A DNA stretch of 64,000 bases, from the NCBI GenBank assembly GCA_963665325.3, contig CAXXWS020000004.1:128001-192000 (forward strand), read 5' to 3'. The translations under genes and the position numbers were made by a program. The notes under the pieces are model-generated. The model was not told where the DNA came from and did no database searches. It was given only the letters and a program-made list of their open reading frames with translations. This stretch comes from Alphaproteobacteria bacterium. Lineage in GTDB: Bacteria; Pseudomonadota; Alphaproteobacteria; Bin95. Shown one piece after another: positions 51,063 through 61,621 of this stretch (position 1 is its first letter; each line of letters opens with the position of its first letter).

Positions 51063-53149
51063 GACTTCTCTCCTCCGCTGTCGGAACCGAGGACCAAGTT
51101 GCCGAAGCTGTCCACCTCGGCCGTCATGAATTCGAGAACCACCGTCGTCGATGAAGGCTCCTCGACGAGGGCGGGGCCGGCGATAGAGTCGCCCGGCGCA
51201 AGCCGGTCGCGCCGATAAACCGGGACAGGCCGCAGGCCGCCACCAGCCGGCAGCAACACCGCCCGCTCGCCGACCGGTTTCGCTCCGGACGCTTCGCTCG
51301 CCATCGCCGGCAGCGGCAGCGTTCCGACCCTGCCGACGGCATGCAGGCGCAGATTGACAAGTTCGACGGGCTCCTCCGGCACACTGTAGCTGTACAGGCG
51401 TTCATGCAGGCGGTGGAACCGCGCCGCCACGGCCCGGAACCCCTCCTGCAGCAGCTCGGCGCCGCCCTGCACCGGCACGGTTATCTCGGTCGTCTGGCCG
51501 ACATAGCGCAGGTCGAACGCATGCGACAGTTCCCGACAGTCCGAGGGAATTCCCTCGGCGTCGAGATCGGCCGCAGCGCGCCGCAGCAGAGTCTCCATGC
51601 CCGCGATGGCCTCCTCCAGGCGCATGTCCGCAACCGGCCGGAGGATGGACTGGATGTAATCGTGGGCAAAATCGGCCGTTGCGATGCCGCGCGCGGAGAA
51701 CAGGCCGGGATGGCGCGGCACGACGATGCGTCCGATCCCGAGCTCGCGTGCGACTGCGGCCGCATGCAGGGGACCGCCGCCGCCGAATGCCACCAGGGCG
51801 TAGTCGCGCGGGTCGCTGCCCCGTTCCGTCGTCACGGTGCGAATGGCTTCGGCGATCTGGCTGGTGGCGACCCGGAACACGCCGGCCGCCGCAGCGAAGA
51901 GGTCTACGGAGAGCGGCGCGGCCACTTCGCGCTCAACGACCGCCTCGGCGCGGGAACGGTCGAGCGGCACTTCGCCATTGGCGAAGCCGTCGGGCTCAAT
52001 CAGACCCATCAACAGATTGATGTCGGTCAGGGTCGCCCGGTCCCCGCCCAGGCCGTAGCAGGCGGGACCGGGCCGCGCGCCCATGCTCTCCGGCCCGATC
52101 CCGATCCGGCCGACTTCGTCAACGCGCACGACACTGCCGCCGCCGGCGCCAATGGTATGGACGTCCAGCATCGGGATGGCGATCGGAAACATGTCGATCT
52201 CGCGCGTCGTCGCGGTTTCCGCGACCGAACCGCTAATCAGGCAGGTGTCCAGCGACGTGCCGCCGATATCCATGGTGATCAGGTCCCGGTAACCGGCGCG
52301 GCCACAGATTTCCGCGGCGCCGACAACGGCCCCCGCGGGACCCGACAACATGGTGAGCGCCGGGTTGCGCATGACAATCTCTGGCGTGGCCACGCCGCCG
52401 CTCGACTGGAAGACATATAGGGGGCGGGCAATGCCGCGCTCCGCCAACCGGGCAAGCAGTCCGGATATATAGGCCCGCAGCACCGGCGCGACATAGGCCG
52501 CAAACACGGTTGTGGAGGTTCGTGGAAACTCCCGGAACTCCCGCAGGACTTCGCTGGACAGCACGATGTCGAGCCCAGGAAGAGCGGCGCGGAGGCGTTC
52601 GCCCACCTGTTCCTCGTGCACCGGGTTGAGAAAGGAGAACAGGAAACATACCGCGACGCTTTCCACTCCTTCGTCGGCGATCGCGGCGATCGCCGCCTCT
52701 AGTTCCGGGCCATCGAGCTCGGTGACAACCTCGCCTTGCCGGTCGATACGGCAGGCGACGCCGAGGCGCAGATGGCGCGGCACCAGCGGCGGGGGCTTGT
52801 CCCGGTGGATGCGGTAGATCAGTTCCGCCGGGCGCGCAAAGCGCCCGATTTCGAGAATGTCCCGGAAGTTCCGGTTGGTAATCAGGGCCGTCTTCGCGCC
52901 CTTGCGCTCGAGCACCGCATTGGTCGCGATCGTGGTGCCGTGGCTGATCCAGCCTATCTCGCCGGCCGTTACGCCCGTGCGGTCGAGCAGGCCCGAAACG
53001 GCGTCTGCAACGGTTTCAGCCCGGTCGTCCCGCCGGTTCAGCACCTTGGAGACCGACACGTCCCCGGTGGCATTGTCGACCAAGACGACATCCGTGAAGG
53101 TACCGCCCACATCGATGCCTATTCTGAAGCGGGCAGGCGATTCACTCAC
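51059..53149 (-). CDS. Hydantoinase A / 5-oxoprolinase family ATP-binding subunit
   Basis: IGIDVGGTFTD, HGTT.ATN, SGPAG, DIGGTSLD, IGAGGGS, FGGGGPLHA. Confidence 0.95.
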   Translation of the reverse strand: MSESPARFRIGIDVGGTFTDVVLVDNATGDVSVSKVLNRRDDRAETVADAVSGLLDRTGVTAGEIGWISHGTTIATNAVLERKGAKTALITNRNFRDILEIGRFARPAELIYRIHRDKPPPLVPRHLRLGVACRIDRQGEVVTELDGPELEAAIAAIADEGVESVAVCFLFSFLNPVHEEQVGERLRAALPGLDIVLSSEVLREFREFPRTSTTVFAAYVAPVLRAYISGLLARLAERGIARPLYVFQSSGGVATPEIVMRNPALTMLSGPAGAVVGAAEICGRAGYRDLITMDIGGTSLDTCLISGSVAETATTREIDMFPIAIPMLDVHTIGAGGGSVVRVDEVGRIGIGPESMGARPGPACYGLGGDRATLTDINLLMGLIEPDGFANGEVPLDRSRAEAVVEREVAAPLSVDLFAAAAGVFRVATSQIAEAIRTVTTERGSDPRDYALVAFGGGGPLHAAAVARELGIGRIVVPRHPGLFSARGIATADFAHDYIQSILRPVADMRLEEAIAGMETLLRRAAADLDAEGIPSDCRELSHAFDLRYVGQTTEITVPVQGGAELLQEGFRAVAARFHRLHERLYSYSVPEEPVELVNLRLHAVGRVGTLPLPAMASEASGAKPVGERAVLLPAGGGLRPVPVYRRDRLAPGDSIAGPALVEEPSSTTVVLEFMTAEVDSFGNLVLGSDSGGEKS

Positions 53150-53258
53150 GATCCGGTGCTCTTGTCATGCCGGTCGGGTTCCTCCAACGACTCATTGGTC
53201 TCGCTGCGACCTTCCAGAGCCACCTCACTTGAAAGTACCGCGCCGACGAGGCCTACGG

Positions 53259-54377
53259 TCAACCATTGCCCCTTGAATGCGCCACTGCCCGCTCGGCGAC
53301 TTGCGAGCGGTCCTCGCCGAGTTCGGGGAAGTGACAGATCGCGACGTGACCGTCGCCGATGTCAATCGGCGGGGGTCGATGTCGCACGCACACAGCTGGC
53401 AGTCGTTCACCCTGACTCTCCACGGTTTCGACGTCCGGTTTCGCCGCCTTCAACCGCGCCTTGTAACAGCGCGGGTGGAAACGGCAGCCGCTCGGCAGGT
53501 CGGTGGCGGAACCGATCTCCCCGTGCAGCACGACGCGGTCGTGGCCACGCTCCCGGTCCACCGTCGGCGCCGGGACTGCAGATAGCAGAGACACCGTATA
53601 GGGATGCATTGGCGACGCGTACAGCGCATCGCGCGGGCCGATCTCGACGATTTCACCCAGATACATCACTGCGACGCGGTTGCTGACATGGCGCACCACT
53701 GCGAGATCGTGCGCGATGAACAGGAACCCCAGGTCCGCCTGCTGCTGCAGTTCTCGTAACAGGTTGATGATCTGCGCCTGGATCGAGACGTCCAGCGCCG
53801 ATACGGGTTCATCGAGCACCAGCAATTTGGGCTGCAACGCCATCGCGCGCGCGATACCGATACGTTGACGCTGCCCGCCGGAGAATTCGTGTGGATAACG
53901 GTTGCGATGCTCGGCCTGCAAGCCGACCTGGCGCATGACCTCCAGCACGCGGTCATCGCGTGCTCCATGCCACAGGCCGTGCACAATCATCGGTTCGGCA
54001 ACGATGGAACCGACGCTCATGCGCGGATCGAGCGAGCCATAGGGGTCCTGGAAGATCATCTGCACCTGCTGGCGCATGCGCCGGATCTGGCGCTGCGAAA
54101 GCGCGGTGATGTCCTCGCCATTGAACAGGATGCGCCCGGCGCTGGGTTCTACCAGGCGCAACACCAGGCGCCCGAGCGTGCTCTTGCCGCTGCCGGTTTC
54201 GCCCACCACGCCGAGTGTTTCGCCGGCAGCGAGCGAGAACGACACCGAGTCCACCGCGCGCACGCCGGCGCCGCGAAACCGGGAGAACAAGCGGCGTTCG
54301 TGAAAGGTCTTGCTCAGCCCTTCGACGCTCAGCAACGGTTCGCCGCCCTTATTCGGGGTGTCCACCGGCGGCTTCAT
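53259..54377 (-). CDS. Peptide ABC ATP-binding protein (OppF/DppF-like)
   Basis: GETGSGKS, FSGGQRQR, LDEPVSALD, HPYT, GCRFHPRC; ATG overlaps the upstream stop. Confidence 0.93.
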   Translation of the reverse strand: MKPPVDTPNKGGEPLLSVEGLSKTFHERRLFSRFRGAGVRAVDSVSFSLAAGETLGVVGETGSGKSTLGRLVLRLVEPSAGRILFNGEDITALSQRQIRRMRQQVQMIFQDPYGSLDPRMSVGSIVAEPMIVHGLWHGARDDRVLEVMRQVGLQAEHRNRYPHEFSGGQRQRIGIARAMALQPKLLVLDEPVSALDVSIQAQIINLLRELQQQADLGFLFIAHDLAVVRHVSNRVAVMYLGEIVEIGPRDALYASPMHPYTVSLLSAVPAPTVDRERGHDRVVLHGEIGSATDLPSGCRFHPRCYKARLKAAKPDVETVESQGERLPAVCVRHRPPPIDIGDGHVAICHFPELGEDRSQVAERAVAHSRGNG

Positions 54378-55381
54378 GCGCCGGGCTCCGCATCGAGCAG
54401 TGTCCGCCAGTGCGGACAGGCGCTGAGGTGACGGTCGCTGGTGGTCGGCGAGAGCGCCGGCCGCTCGTTCCGGCAATCCTCGCGACCGTTGCCGAGGAAA
54501 CAACGCGGCTCGAAGGCGCAGCCCGCAGGCAGTCTGGCAAGATCGGGCGGCTGCCCGGCGATGGCCGTCAATGGCTGGTCCGCGGGCAGGTCCAGGCGCG
54601 GAATGCTGCGAAAAAGCGAGCGGGTGTAGGGGTGGCGCGACTGGCCGAATCCCCGCGCCATGGGGCTTGTCTCGACCACTCGCCCGGCATACATCACCGC
54701 CACGCGGTCGGCGTATTTTGCGACCAGTCCGAGATCGTGGGTGATCAGGACCATGCCCATGCCGAGTTCGCTGCGCAGTTCCGCCAGCAGCTCGAGGATC
54801 TGGGCCTGCACGGTGACGTCGAGCGCAGTGGTCGGCTCGTCGGCAATCAACACCTTCGGACGCAATGCGATGGCCATGGCAATCAGCACCCGTTGGCGCA
54901 TGCCGCCGGAGAGCTGATGCGGGTAGTCGTCGATGCGTTGCGCAGGTGCGGGAATATGCACGCGCTCCAGCACCTCCAGGGCGCGCACCCGCGCCTGGCG
55001 GGGACCCATTCCCGTGTGCGCGCGAATCACCTCGAGCATCTGGTCGCCGATGGTGAACACCGGATTGAGAGCCGTAAGCGGGTCCTGGAACACCATTGCG
55101 ATGCCCGCCCCGCGTATCGATCGCATCGCGGACGCGGACAGGGTGGCGATATCCGTGCCCTCGAACAGCACCTCGCCGCTCGTCACCCGTCCCGGCGGCG
55201 GCACCAGGCGCAGAACGGAGAGAAAAGTCATCGTCTTGCCCGAGCCCGACTCGCCTACCACCGCCAGCGTCTCCCCGGCGCCGAGCGAAAAAGACACCTT
55301 ATCGACCGTAGTGACCGGTCCTGCCTCGCTCGGAAACACCGTGCGCAGGTCGCGCACCGCAAGGACAGCGCCATCGCTCAT
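54374..55381 (-). CDS. Peptide ABC ATP-binding protein (OppD/DppD-like)
   Basis: [33 protein letters not shown]. Confidence 0.94.
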   Translation of the reverse strand: MSDGAVLAVRDLRTVFPSEAGPVTTVDKVSFSLGAGETLAVVGESGSGKTMTFLSVLRLVPPPGRVTSGEVLFEGTDIATLSASAMRSIRGAGIAMVFQDPLTALNPVFTIGDQMLEVIRAHTGMGPRQARVRALEVLERVHIPAPAQRIDDYPHQLSGGMRQRVLIAMAIALRPKVLIADEPTTALDVTVQAQILELLAELRSELGMGMVLITHDLGLVAKYADRVAVMYAGRVVETSPMARGFGQSRHPYTRSLFRSIPRLDLPADQPLTAIAGQPPDLARLPAGCAFEPRCFLGNGREDCRNERPALSPTTSDRHLSACPHWRTLLDAEPGA

Positions 55382-55418
55382 GAGGGCGCGAGTCCCCGGG
55401 CGGCGACCGGCAAGGCGT

Positions 55419-56327
55419 TCACAGCATCCGCTCGCCGGTGTAACGGCGCATCTGCGGGTCCAGCGTGTCGCGCAACCCGTCGCCCAGCAGGTTCAGGGCG
55501 ATCACCGTAACCGCAATGCACAGCCCGGCGGACAACGAGATCAACGGGTTCGATGTGATGAAGCCCTGGCCGTCCGAGATGATGTTGCCCCAGGTTGCGG
55601 TCGGGGGTTGCACGCCGAGACCGAGAAAACTCAAGCCGGCTTCGGCAAGAATCGCGGTAGCCGCGCTGACTGTCGTTACCACGATGACCGGCGGCAGCGC
55701 ATTCGGCAGCACATGGCGCAGCAGCACCCGGGACGAGGACATGCCGATGGCGCGCGAGGCTTCGATGAACGGTCGCGGGCGGATGGTAATCACGACCGAG
55801 CGCATGACGGCGGCGACCCGCGGCGTATAGGCGATGGACACTGCCAGGATGACGTTCTCCAGCGACGAGCCGCGCGCGGCGACCAGGGCGAGCGCCAGCA
55901 GAAAACCGGGGAAAGCCAGCAGGATGTCGTTGCACACCATCATGATGCGCTCCACCCAGCCGCCCGCATAGCCGGCGATGGCGCCGATCGCCGAGCCGAA
56001 GGTCAGGGACAATGCAACCACTGCGAGCGCCACTTCCAGCGAGATGCGGGCGCCCCAGATCAGCCGCGAGAGAATATCGCGACCATATTGGTCGGTGCCG
56101 AGCACAAACTCCCCGGAAGGGTGCGCCAGCGTGTTCATCAGGTCCGCCTCTGTCGGCCCGTGCGGCGCGAGCCACGGCGCCGCTATCGCCACGAAAGACA
56201 GCAGGACGAGAACGAACAGGCCGAGGCTCAATCCCGGGTGGCGCAGGTATCGTCCGAGGGCCCGCCGGACGATCCGTCCTCGCGGGACCGCAGCCGCCGT
56301 CGGTTCGGGCAGCATTTCCGCGCTCAT
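55419..56327 (-). CDS. Peptide ABC permease (OppC/DppC-like)
   Basis: LGTDQYGRD, HVLPN, EAGLSFLGLG, NLLGDGLRD.LDP. Confidence 0.93.
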   Translation of the reverse strand: MSAEMLPEPTAAAVPRGRIVRRALGRYLRHPGLSLGLFVLVLLSFVAIAAPWLAPHGPTEADLMNTLAHPSGEFVLGTDQYGRDILSRLIWGARISLEVALAVVALSLTFGSAIGAIAGYAGGWVERIMMVCNDILLAFPGFLLALALVAARGSSLENVILAVSIAYTPRVAAVMRSVVITIRPRPFIEASRAIGMSSSRVLLRHVLPNALPPVIVVTTVSAATAILAEAGLSFLGLGVQPPTATWGNIISDGQGFITSNPLISLSAGLCIAVTVIALNLLGDGLRDTLDPQMRRYTGERML

Positions 56328-57265
56328 GACACGCTCACCCTGGGATCCACCCAGCCGTAAACGATATCCAGCGAGGTGTTGACCAGGACCACCGCGCTTG
56401 CGAGCACGAACACGCCGGCCTGGACCAGCTGGTAGTCGCGCGCGAAGACCGCTTTCAGGATCATCGACCCGAGGCCGGGCCGGCTGAACACCGCTTCCAC
56501 GAGAATTGCGCTGCCCAATGACCACGCGAAGGTCACGCCGATAACGGCGAGCACCGGTATCAAGGCGTTACGCAGCGCAAGCCGGTAGACGATGCGCCGC
56601 TCCGGGACACCCATTGCGCGCGCAACCCGCACGAAATCCTGGCCCAGCACTTCGAGCATCGCCGAGCGGGTGAGCCGCGCAATATACGCCGCCACCGAGA
56701 AGCCGAGCACGAGCGCAGGCAACATCAGGTGATGCACCTGGGTGAAGAAATCCTGCGAGGAACTCGCGCCTAGCGCCGGAAAGAGGCGGACTTCATGGGC
56801 CAGCAGCAAAATGCACACCAGGCCGACCCAAAAGACAGGAAAGGAGATGCCAATCAGTGCGCCGAGCATGACGAACAGATCGGCGAAAGTGCCATGGCGC
56901 ACCGCCGACATCACACCCAACGGCACACCGGCCAACACCGCGATGATAATGCCGCTGACCGACAGGGCCGCCGACCACGGAATGCTCTCAAGCACCTCGT
57001 CGAACGCGGGCTGTCCGGTGACGACCGAGGTGCCCAGATCGCCGGTAAGCGCGCGCTTGACGAAGCCGAGATACTGCTCCCAGACCGGCCGGTCCAGCCC
57101 CAACTCCGCCTTCAGTGCCGCCACCGACTCTTCGGTTGCGTAGTCCCCGAGCATGTAGCTGGCCGGATCGCCGGGAATGGCGCGCAGCAAAAAAAACACC
57201 ACGGTGACCATGCCGATCACCGTGATGCTCATAAGCAGCAGTCGTCGGGCCGTGTACCTCAGCAC
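56324..57265 (-). CDS. Peptide ABC permease (OppB/DppB-like)
   Basis: PGDPA, GLDRP, RLTRSAMLEVL.QDFV..ARA.G, ALRNA. Confidence 0.93.
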   Translation of the reverse strand: MLRYTARRLLLMSITVIGMVTVVFFLLRAIPGDPASYMLGDYATEESVAALKAELGLDRPVWEQYLGFVKRALTGDLGTSVVTGQPAFDEVLESIPWSAALSVSGIIIAVLAGVPLGVMSAVRHGTFADLFVMLGALIGISFPVFWVGLVCILLLAHEVRLFPALGASSSQDFFTQVHHLMLPALVLGFSVAAYIARLTRSAMLEVLGQDFVRVARAMGVPERRIVYRLALRNALIPVLAVIGVTFAWSLGSAILVEAVFSRPGLGSMILKAVFARDYQLVQAGVFVLASAVVLVNTSLDIVYGWVDPRVSVS

Positions 57266-57301
57266 GCGTCAGCACCCCTGCCCGTTCGACGGCCGGAGGG
57301 A

Positions 57302-58813
57302 CTATTCCTCCAGCGAGACGGTGTGGGCCTGGACCGTGAACAGCGAGTTCTGCACGAGGCCCTTGACCTTGCTGCTGTGCGCCAGGAAGAGCTGATCGGC
57401 GTACAGCGGAAGCACGGGGACGTCTTCCATGGTCTGGCCCATGATCTGCTGGTAGATCGCGGTCCGCTGGGCCGGGTCCTGTTCCGCGGCTGCGCTTGCC
57501 AGCAGGTCATCGGCCTTGTTGTAGCGCGACGTGTTCATGCCGGGAGGAAACGACTTGGTCGCATACAGCGAGACCAGCGGCGAGTCCGGATCGGGGGGCC
57601 CGACGATGCCGGTGATGCAGGTCATGATGTCGCCCTTGCCCCGCGCTTGCAGGTAAGCGCCCCGTTCCAGCACCGTGATCTTGGTCTTGATGCCGACTTT
57701 CTCGAGGTCGCTCGCCATTGGGATAACAAGCTCGTTGTACGGGCTGAGACCCACGGTGACGAGCTCCAGGGTAAAGCCTTCCTGTCCCGCTTCCTTCAAC
57801 AGCGCCTTGGCCTTTTCCGGATCGTGGGCGTATTGCGGCAGCTCTTCGGTGTATTCCGGGAAGGACGAGGTGATCACGCTGTGTCCCGTCGCCTTGGTCC
57901 CCTTGAAATACCCGGAAATCAGCGCTTCGCGGTTGATGCCGTATGCGATGGCCTTGCGCACCCGGATGTCGTCGAGCGGCTTGACCGACTGGTTGAGCAC
58001 CAGGTTGATGGTGTGGTTGGCGACCCGGTTAAGCACGGCGATGCCGTCCGCCTTCTTCAGACGGTCGATGACCGGCGGAGACTGCAAGGCGAAAAACACG
58101 TCGATCTCGCCGTTCTCCAGCGCGATGGCCGCCGCCGTCTCGTCCTTGATGATCCGGAACGTCACGGCGTCGAGACTCGGCGGACCGCCGAAATGGTCCT
58201 TGTTGGCGACCACGCGGACCTGGTTGCCGGGCGACCATTTGTCGAACATGAACGGCCCGGTGCCGATCGGCTGCATCGCGTATTGCTTGTCGCCGATTTC
58301 GGTCACCGCCTTGCGGGATGCGATCCAGCCCTGGTTGAAATCGGTAAGCTTGTTCAACAGGCCTGCATTGGGGGCCTCCAGAACGATCTTCACAGTAAGC
58401 GGATCCGGCGCCTCTACCGCCTTTACGCCCGCGAGCTGACCCGCGTAGCGGCTCTTGGTGTCGGGGTTCAACACGCGCTCCAGGGAAAACTTCACGTCAT
58501 CCGAAGTGAGCTGGCCGTAGCCCTTGTGGAACATGACACCGTCGCGAAGCTTGAAGGTGTACTCCGTGCCGTCGGCCGATACGCTCCAGCTTGTGGCAAG
58601 ATCGGGCAGGATCTTGTTGGTGGCCTGATCGTATTTGACCATGCCGTTATAGACGTGGCTCGCGACCGTCTGGTTCTCGATACCGAAGATCCGTGCGGGG
58701 TCCAGATTACCGACGTCGGATCCGATACGCACACGTAGTTCAGCTGCGCCTGCCGTGGTGCCGATTAGCGCGACTGACAAGGTCAGCGCTAACGCGCTGA
58801 AGATCTTTCTCAT
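57302..58813 (-). CDS. Family 5 ABC substrate-binding protein
   Basis: Signal peptide MRKIFSALALTL...AGA; LDP, PDLATSW.VS.DG..YTFKLR.GV.FH, PIGTGPF. Confidence 0.93.
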   Translation of the reverse strand: MRKIFSALALTLSVALIGTTAGAAELRVRIGSDVGNLDPARIFGIENQTVASHVYNGMVKYDQATNKILPDLATSWSVSADGTEYTFKLRDGVMFHKGYGQLTSDDVKFSLERVLNPDTKSRYAGQLAGVKAVEAPDPLTVKIVLEAPNAGLLNKLTDFNQGWIASRKAVTEIGDKQYAMQPIGTGPFMFDKWSPGNQVRVVANKDHFGGPPSLDAVTFRIIKDETAAAIALENGEIDVFFALQSPPVIDRLKKADGIAVLNRVANHTINLVLNQSVKPLDDIRVRKAIAYGINREALISGYFKGTKATGHSVITSSFPEYTEELPQYAHDPEKAKALLKEAGQEGFTLELVTVGLSPYNELVIPMASDLEKVGIKTKITVLERGAYLQARGKGDIMTCITGIVGPPDPDSPLVSLYATKSFPPGMNTSRYNKADDLLASAAAEQDPAQRTAIYQQIMGQTMEDVPVLPLYADQLFLAHSSKVKGLVQNSLFTVQAHTVSLEE

Positions 58814-58878
58814 GTTTTCTCCCCTTTGAGGCAGTTGGACGGATGTGTTCTGCGTGTCTTCGTCCTCGAACGGCGATA

Positions 58879-59553
58879 TCAGCCGGTAGCCCGGAGCCGG
58901 GACGGGCCGGCAAGGCTGTCCAGATAGCTGACGACCGCCGCGCTGGAGACGACATCGGCATATTTCGCATCCATGTCGAACAGGTTCACGGTATGGGAAA
59001 GCTGCGCGCGATCGGCCACGCAATCCTCCGGCACGATGGTCCTGAAACCGCCCGATACCGAATCGCACACTGTCGCGCGTATGCACCCGCTGGTGGAATT
59101 GCCGACGACAACCGTGGTGTCCACGCCGACCCCGGTCAGCATCGATTGCAGGTTCGTGCCATAGAAGGCGCTCGGGAACTTCTTGACCATCAGATGATCG
59201 GACTCCAGCACCGGCAGGCGCGGGTCGATGTCCACCAGCGGCGATCCGTAGAGGAAGTCCTGCACCAGCCGCGCCTTCTTTCCGAACATGCCGGCGTCGG
59301 AAAGGTCCGCATGGTAGGCCACGGTCGTGAAGATTACCGGCGCCCCGACGCGGCGGGCTGCATCGAGTATGGCCGCGATGCACGGAATATGCGTATCCAT
59401 GTCGATATACATCTTGCCGGGCTCGGTTATGCCGCGGCACATGTCGATGACCAGTATGGCCGGCCGGCTCCCGAAGCCGGTGCGGTCGCTGAACCCAATA
59501 TTGTCGTAATGGGATTGCTGGGTTTCCATTCCCTTTGTCGCGACTTCGTCCAT
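58879..59553 (-). CDS. Isochorismatase-family cysteine hydrolase (NicF / N-carbamoylsarcosine amidase-like)
   Basis: GFGSRPA.LVID, KKFPSAFYGT, STSGCIRAT (D-K-C triad), DMDAKYADV. Confidence 0.92.
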   Translation of the reverse strand: MDEVATKGMETQQSHYDNIGFSDRTGFGSRPAILVIDMCRGITEPGKMYIDMDTHIPCIAAILDAARRVGAPVIFTTVAYHADLSDAGMFGKKARLVQDFLYGSPLVDIDPRLPVLESDHLMVKKFPSAFYGTNLQSMLTGVGVDTTVVVGNSTSGCIRATVCDSVSGGFRTIVPEDCVADRAQLSHTVNLFDMDAKYADVVSSAAVVSYLDSLAGPSRLRATG

Positions 59554-59822
59554 CTTTTTCCTCCAGCGCCGAGAAATCTGCCTGTCCAAACGTATGTTCG
59601 ATGCGATTAGAGCACGGCGTTCGCTGCCGCTTTGGCGACCGTTGCGACGCGCTCGAAGCGCTTTGGACCGGGGATTGACCGAAACCGATCAAGTGCATGC
59701 GGGAACCTCCGAGTCAAGCAGCGGTCCAGATGCGAGCGCCCGATCCCGGGGTGTATGTTGCGCCCGGTCCGTCGATAAGGCGGTCTCGGTAGGACCGGGA
59801 CCGGAAGAGCCGGAGGAACCGC

Positions 59823-61298
59823 ATGCTCCAGCCCGTTTCCCGTGACAGCGGCGCCGCACCGCGGGGCAGTTACGATCCGGCGCACCATCCGCGCCTGTCG
59901 TTTACCGGCGCGGTCGGGACATTTCACGATGGCAGCGACACGCCGCGCGCGTTCCTGGAGCGCTGCCTTGAGGCATATTACGCAAATGAGGCGGAGGTGC
60001 GCGCCTTCGCCCACATCGATATCGAGGGCGCCCGGCGCGCGGCCGATCTGTCAACGGGGCGGTATCGCGAGGGCCGGCCCCTGTCGCCGGTCGACGGTTG
60101 CCCGGTGGCCTTCAAGGACACGCTCGAGACTGCCGATATGCCCACCCAGCAAAACAGCGCGCTGTTTGCGGGCTGGATTGGCAAGCGCGATGCCGCATGC
60201 GTGTGGGCGTTACGCAAGGAGGGGGCGATCATCCTGGGCAAGACCCAGGTGCCGGAACTGGCCCTCGGACAACCGCCGCCGACGCGCAACTTCTTCGACG
60301 TCCGGCGCACGGCAGGAGGGTCGTCGAGCGGTTCCGGCGCTGCGGTAGGGGCAGGGATGGTGCCCGTAGCCATCGGCAACCAGACCATGGGCTCGTTGAT
60401 CCGCCCTGCCTCGTTCAATGCCAATTACGGCTTCAAGCCCAGTTGGGGCGCATTGAACATCGGGGGCATGCATCCCCTCGCGCCCAGTCTGGACCACATC
60501 GGCCCGATGGCGGCCACCCTCGCCGACATGTGGCTCGTGGCGCAGCGTATCTCGTTCGTTGCGGGCGGGCACAACGGACATCCCGGACTTGTCGGCGGTC
60601 CCTCGCTGCCGCCGCCGGTGAGGCCCAGGCGCCTGGTACATTTGAAGACGCTCGGCTGGTCCCAGACCGACGACACGACCCGTGCAGCCTTCGAGGGCGT
60701 GAAACATCAGCTTCTGGATGCAGGAGTCGCGATCGTCGATGCATCGACAAGCAACGCGGTCGCCGAACTCGAACGCATGCTGCTCCCGTGCGATGACATC
60801 GCCACCGCGATCTGCATGTACGAGCTGCGCTGGCCGGTAGCAGCCTACGCGCAGACCCATGGCGCCGGAATCCTGGGCGATGCGGTGCGCGCCCGGCTCG
60901 AAATCGGCCTTCGCATGACACCGGACGATTATCGCAAGGCGCTGCAACAGCGTGACGCGATTCGACGCCAGGTGCTGGAGGCAGCCGGCGATGCCGATGG
61001 TTTCATCACGCTCGCGTCGTCCGGACCGGCGCCGCTGCTCGAACCCGTCGACGCGCCGGCGCCGGCGCACGGCGAAGACGGCAGCGATGACGGGCAAGAG
61101 CCGTCCGGCGGCGGCGCCACGGCACATCTGGCGACGGGCAGTCGCAGTTTTCTCAGCCCCTGGTCAATGGTGGGGGGGCCGAGCCTGTCATTGCCATGGA
61201 TGGCAGTCGACGGCATGCCGCTGGGCCTTCAGCTGATGGGCAAGACCGACACCGATTTCAGGCTCGTCGGCATCGCCCGCTGGGCCGACGGCGCTTGA
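59823..61298 (+). CDS. Amidase signature family protein
   Basis: DG.PVAFKD, GKT..PE, GGSSSGS, GNQTMGS.IRPA, GMPLGLQL. Confidence 0.92.
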   Translation: MLQPVSRDSGAAPRGSYDPAHHPRLSFTGAVGTFHDGSDTPRAFLERCLEAYYANEAEVRAFAHIDIEGARRAADLSTGRYREGRPLSPVDGCPVAFKDTLETADMPTQQNSALFAGWIGKRDAACVWALRKEGAIILGKTQVPELALGQPPPTRNFFDVRRTAGGSSSGSGAAVGAGMVPVAIGNQTMGSLIRPASFNANYGFKPSWGALNIGGMHPLAPSLDHIGPMAATLADMWLVAQRISFVAGGHNGHPGLVGGPSLPPPVRPRRLVHLKTLGWSQTDDTTRAAFEGVKHQLLDAGVAIVDASTSNAVAELERMLLPCDDIATAICMYELRWPVAAYAQTHGAGILGDAVRARLEIGLRMTPDDYRKALQQRDAIRRQVLEAAGDADGFITLASSGPAPLLEPVDAPAPAHGEDGSDDGQEPSGGGATAHLATGSRSFLSPWSMVGGPSLSLPWMAVDGMPLGLQLMGKTDTDFRLVGIARWADGA

Positions 61299-61621
61299 GG
61301 CAATCGGGGTTGCGAGTCGGTGCATGTCGGATGCATCCGACTTCAGCGCCGCGACCGGCGCGTCCACCGTAGAGCTGCCCGTGTCACGCGTGACCGATAG
61401 GCTTGTCATCCGGCACCACCCCCGGTTCACGACGATCGGGCCGAGCGACGGTGGGGAGAGATTCTTCATGAGTGGCAAAAGTCGCAAACCGGCGGCGCCG
61501 GCATAAGCATCCACGTTTGCCCCGGAGAACGGGCAACAGGTGACGAGGTCAAGTAGACCCATCAACCCGAAGGTTTGACTTCGCATAGAAACCATACAGC
61601 GAACTCACCAAGCGCAGTCTC

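Noticed and set aside
58814-59698. Upstream extension making the binding protein 798 aa
   Set aside because: Overlaps the isochorismatase gene in another frame; the RBS and signal peptide fit a start at 58813.
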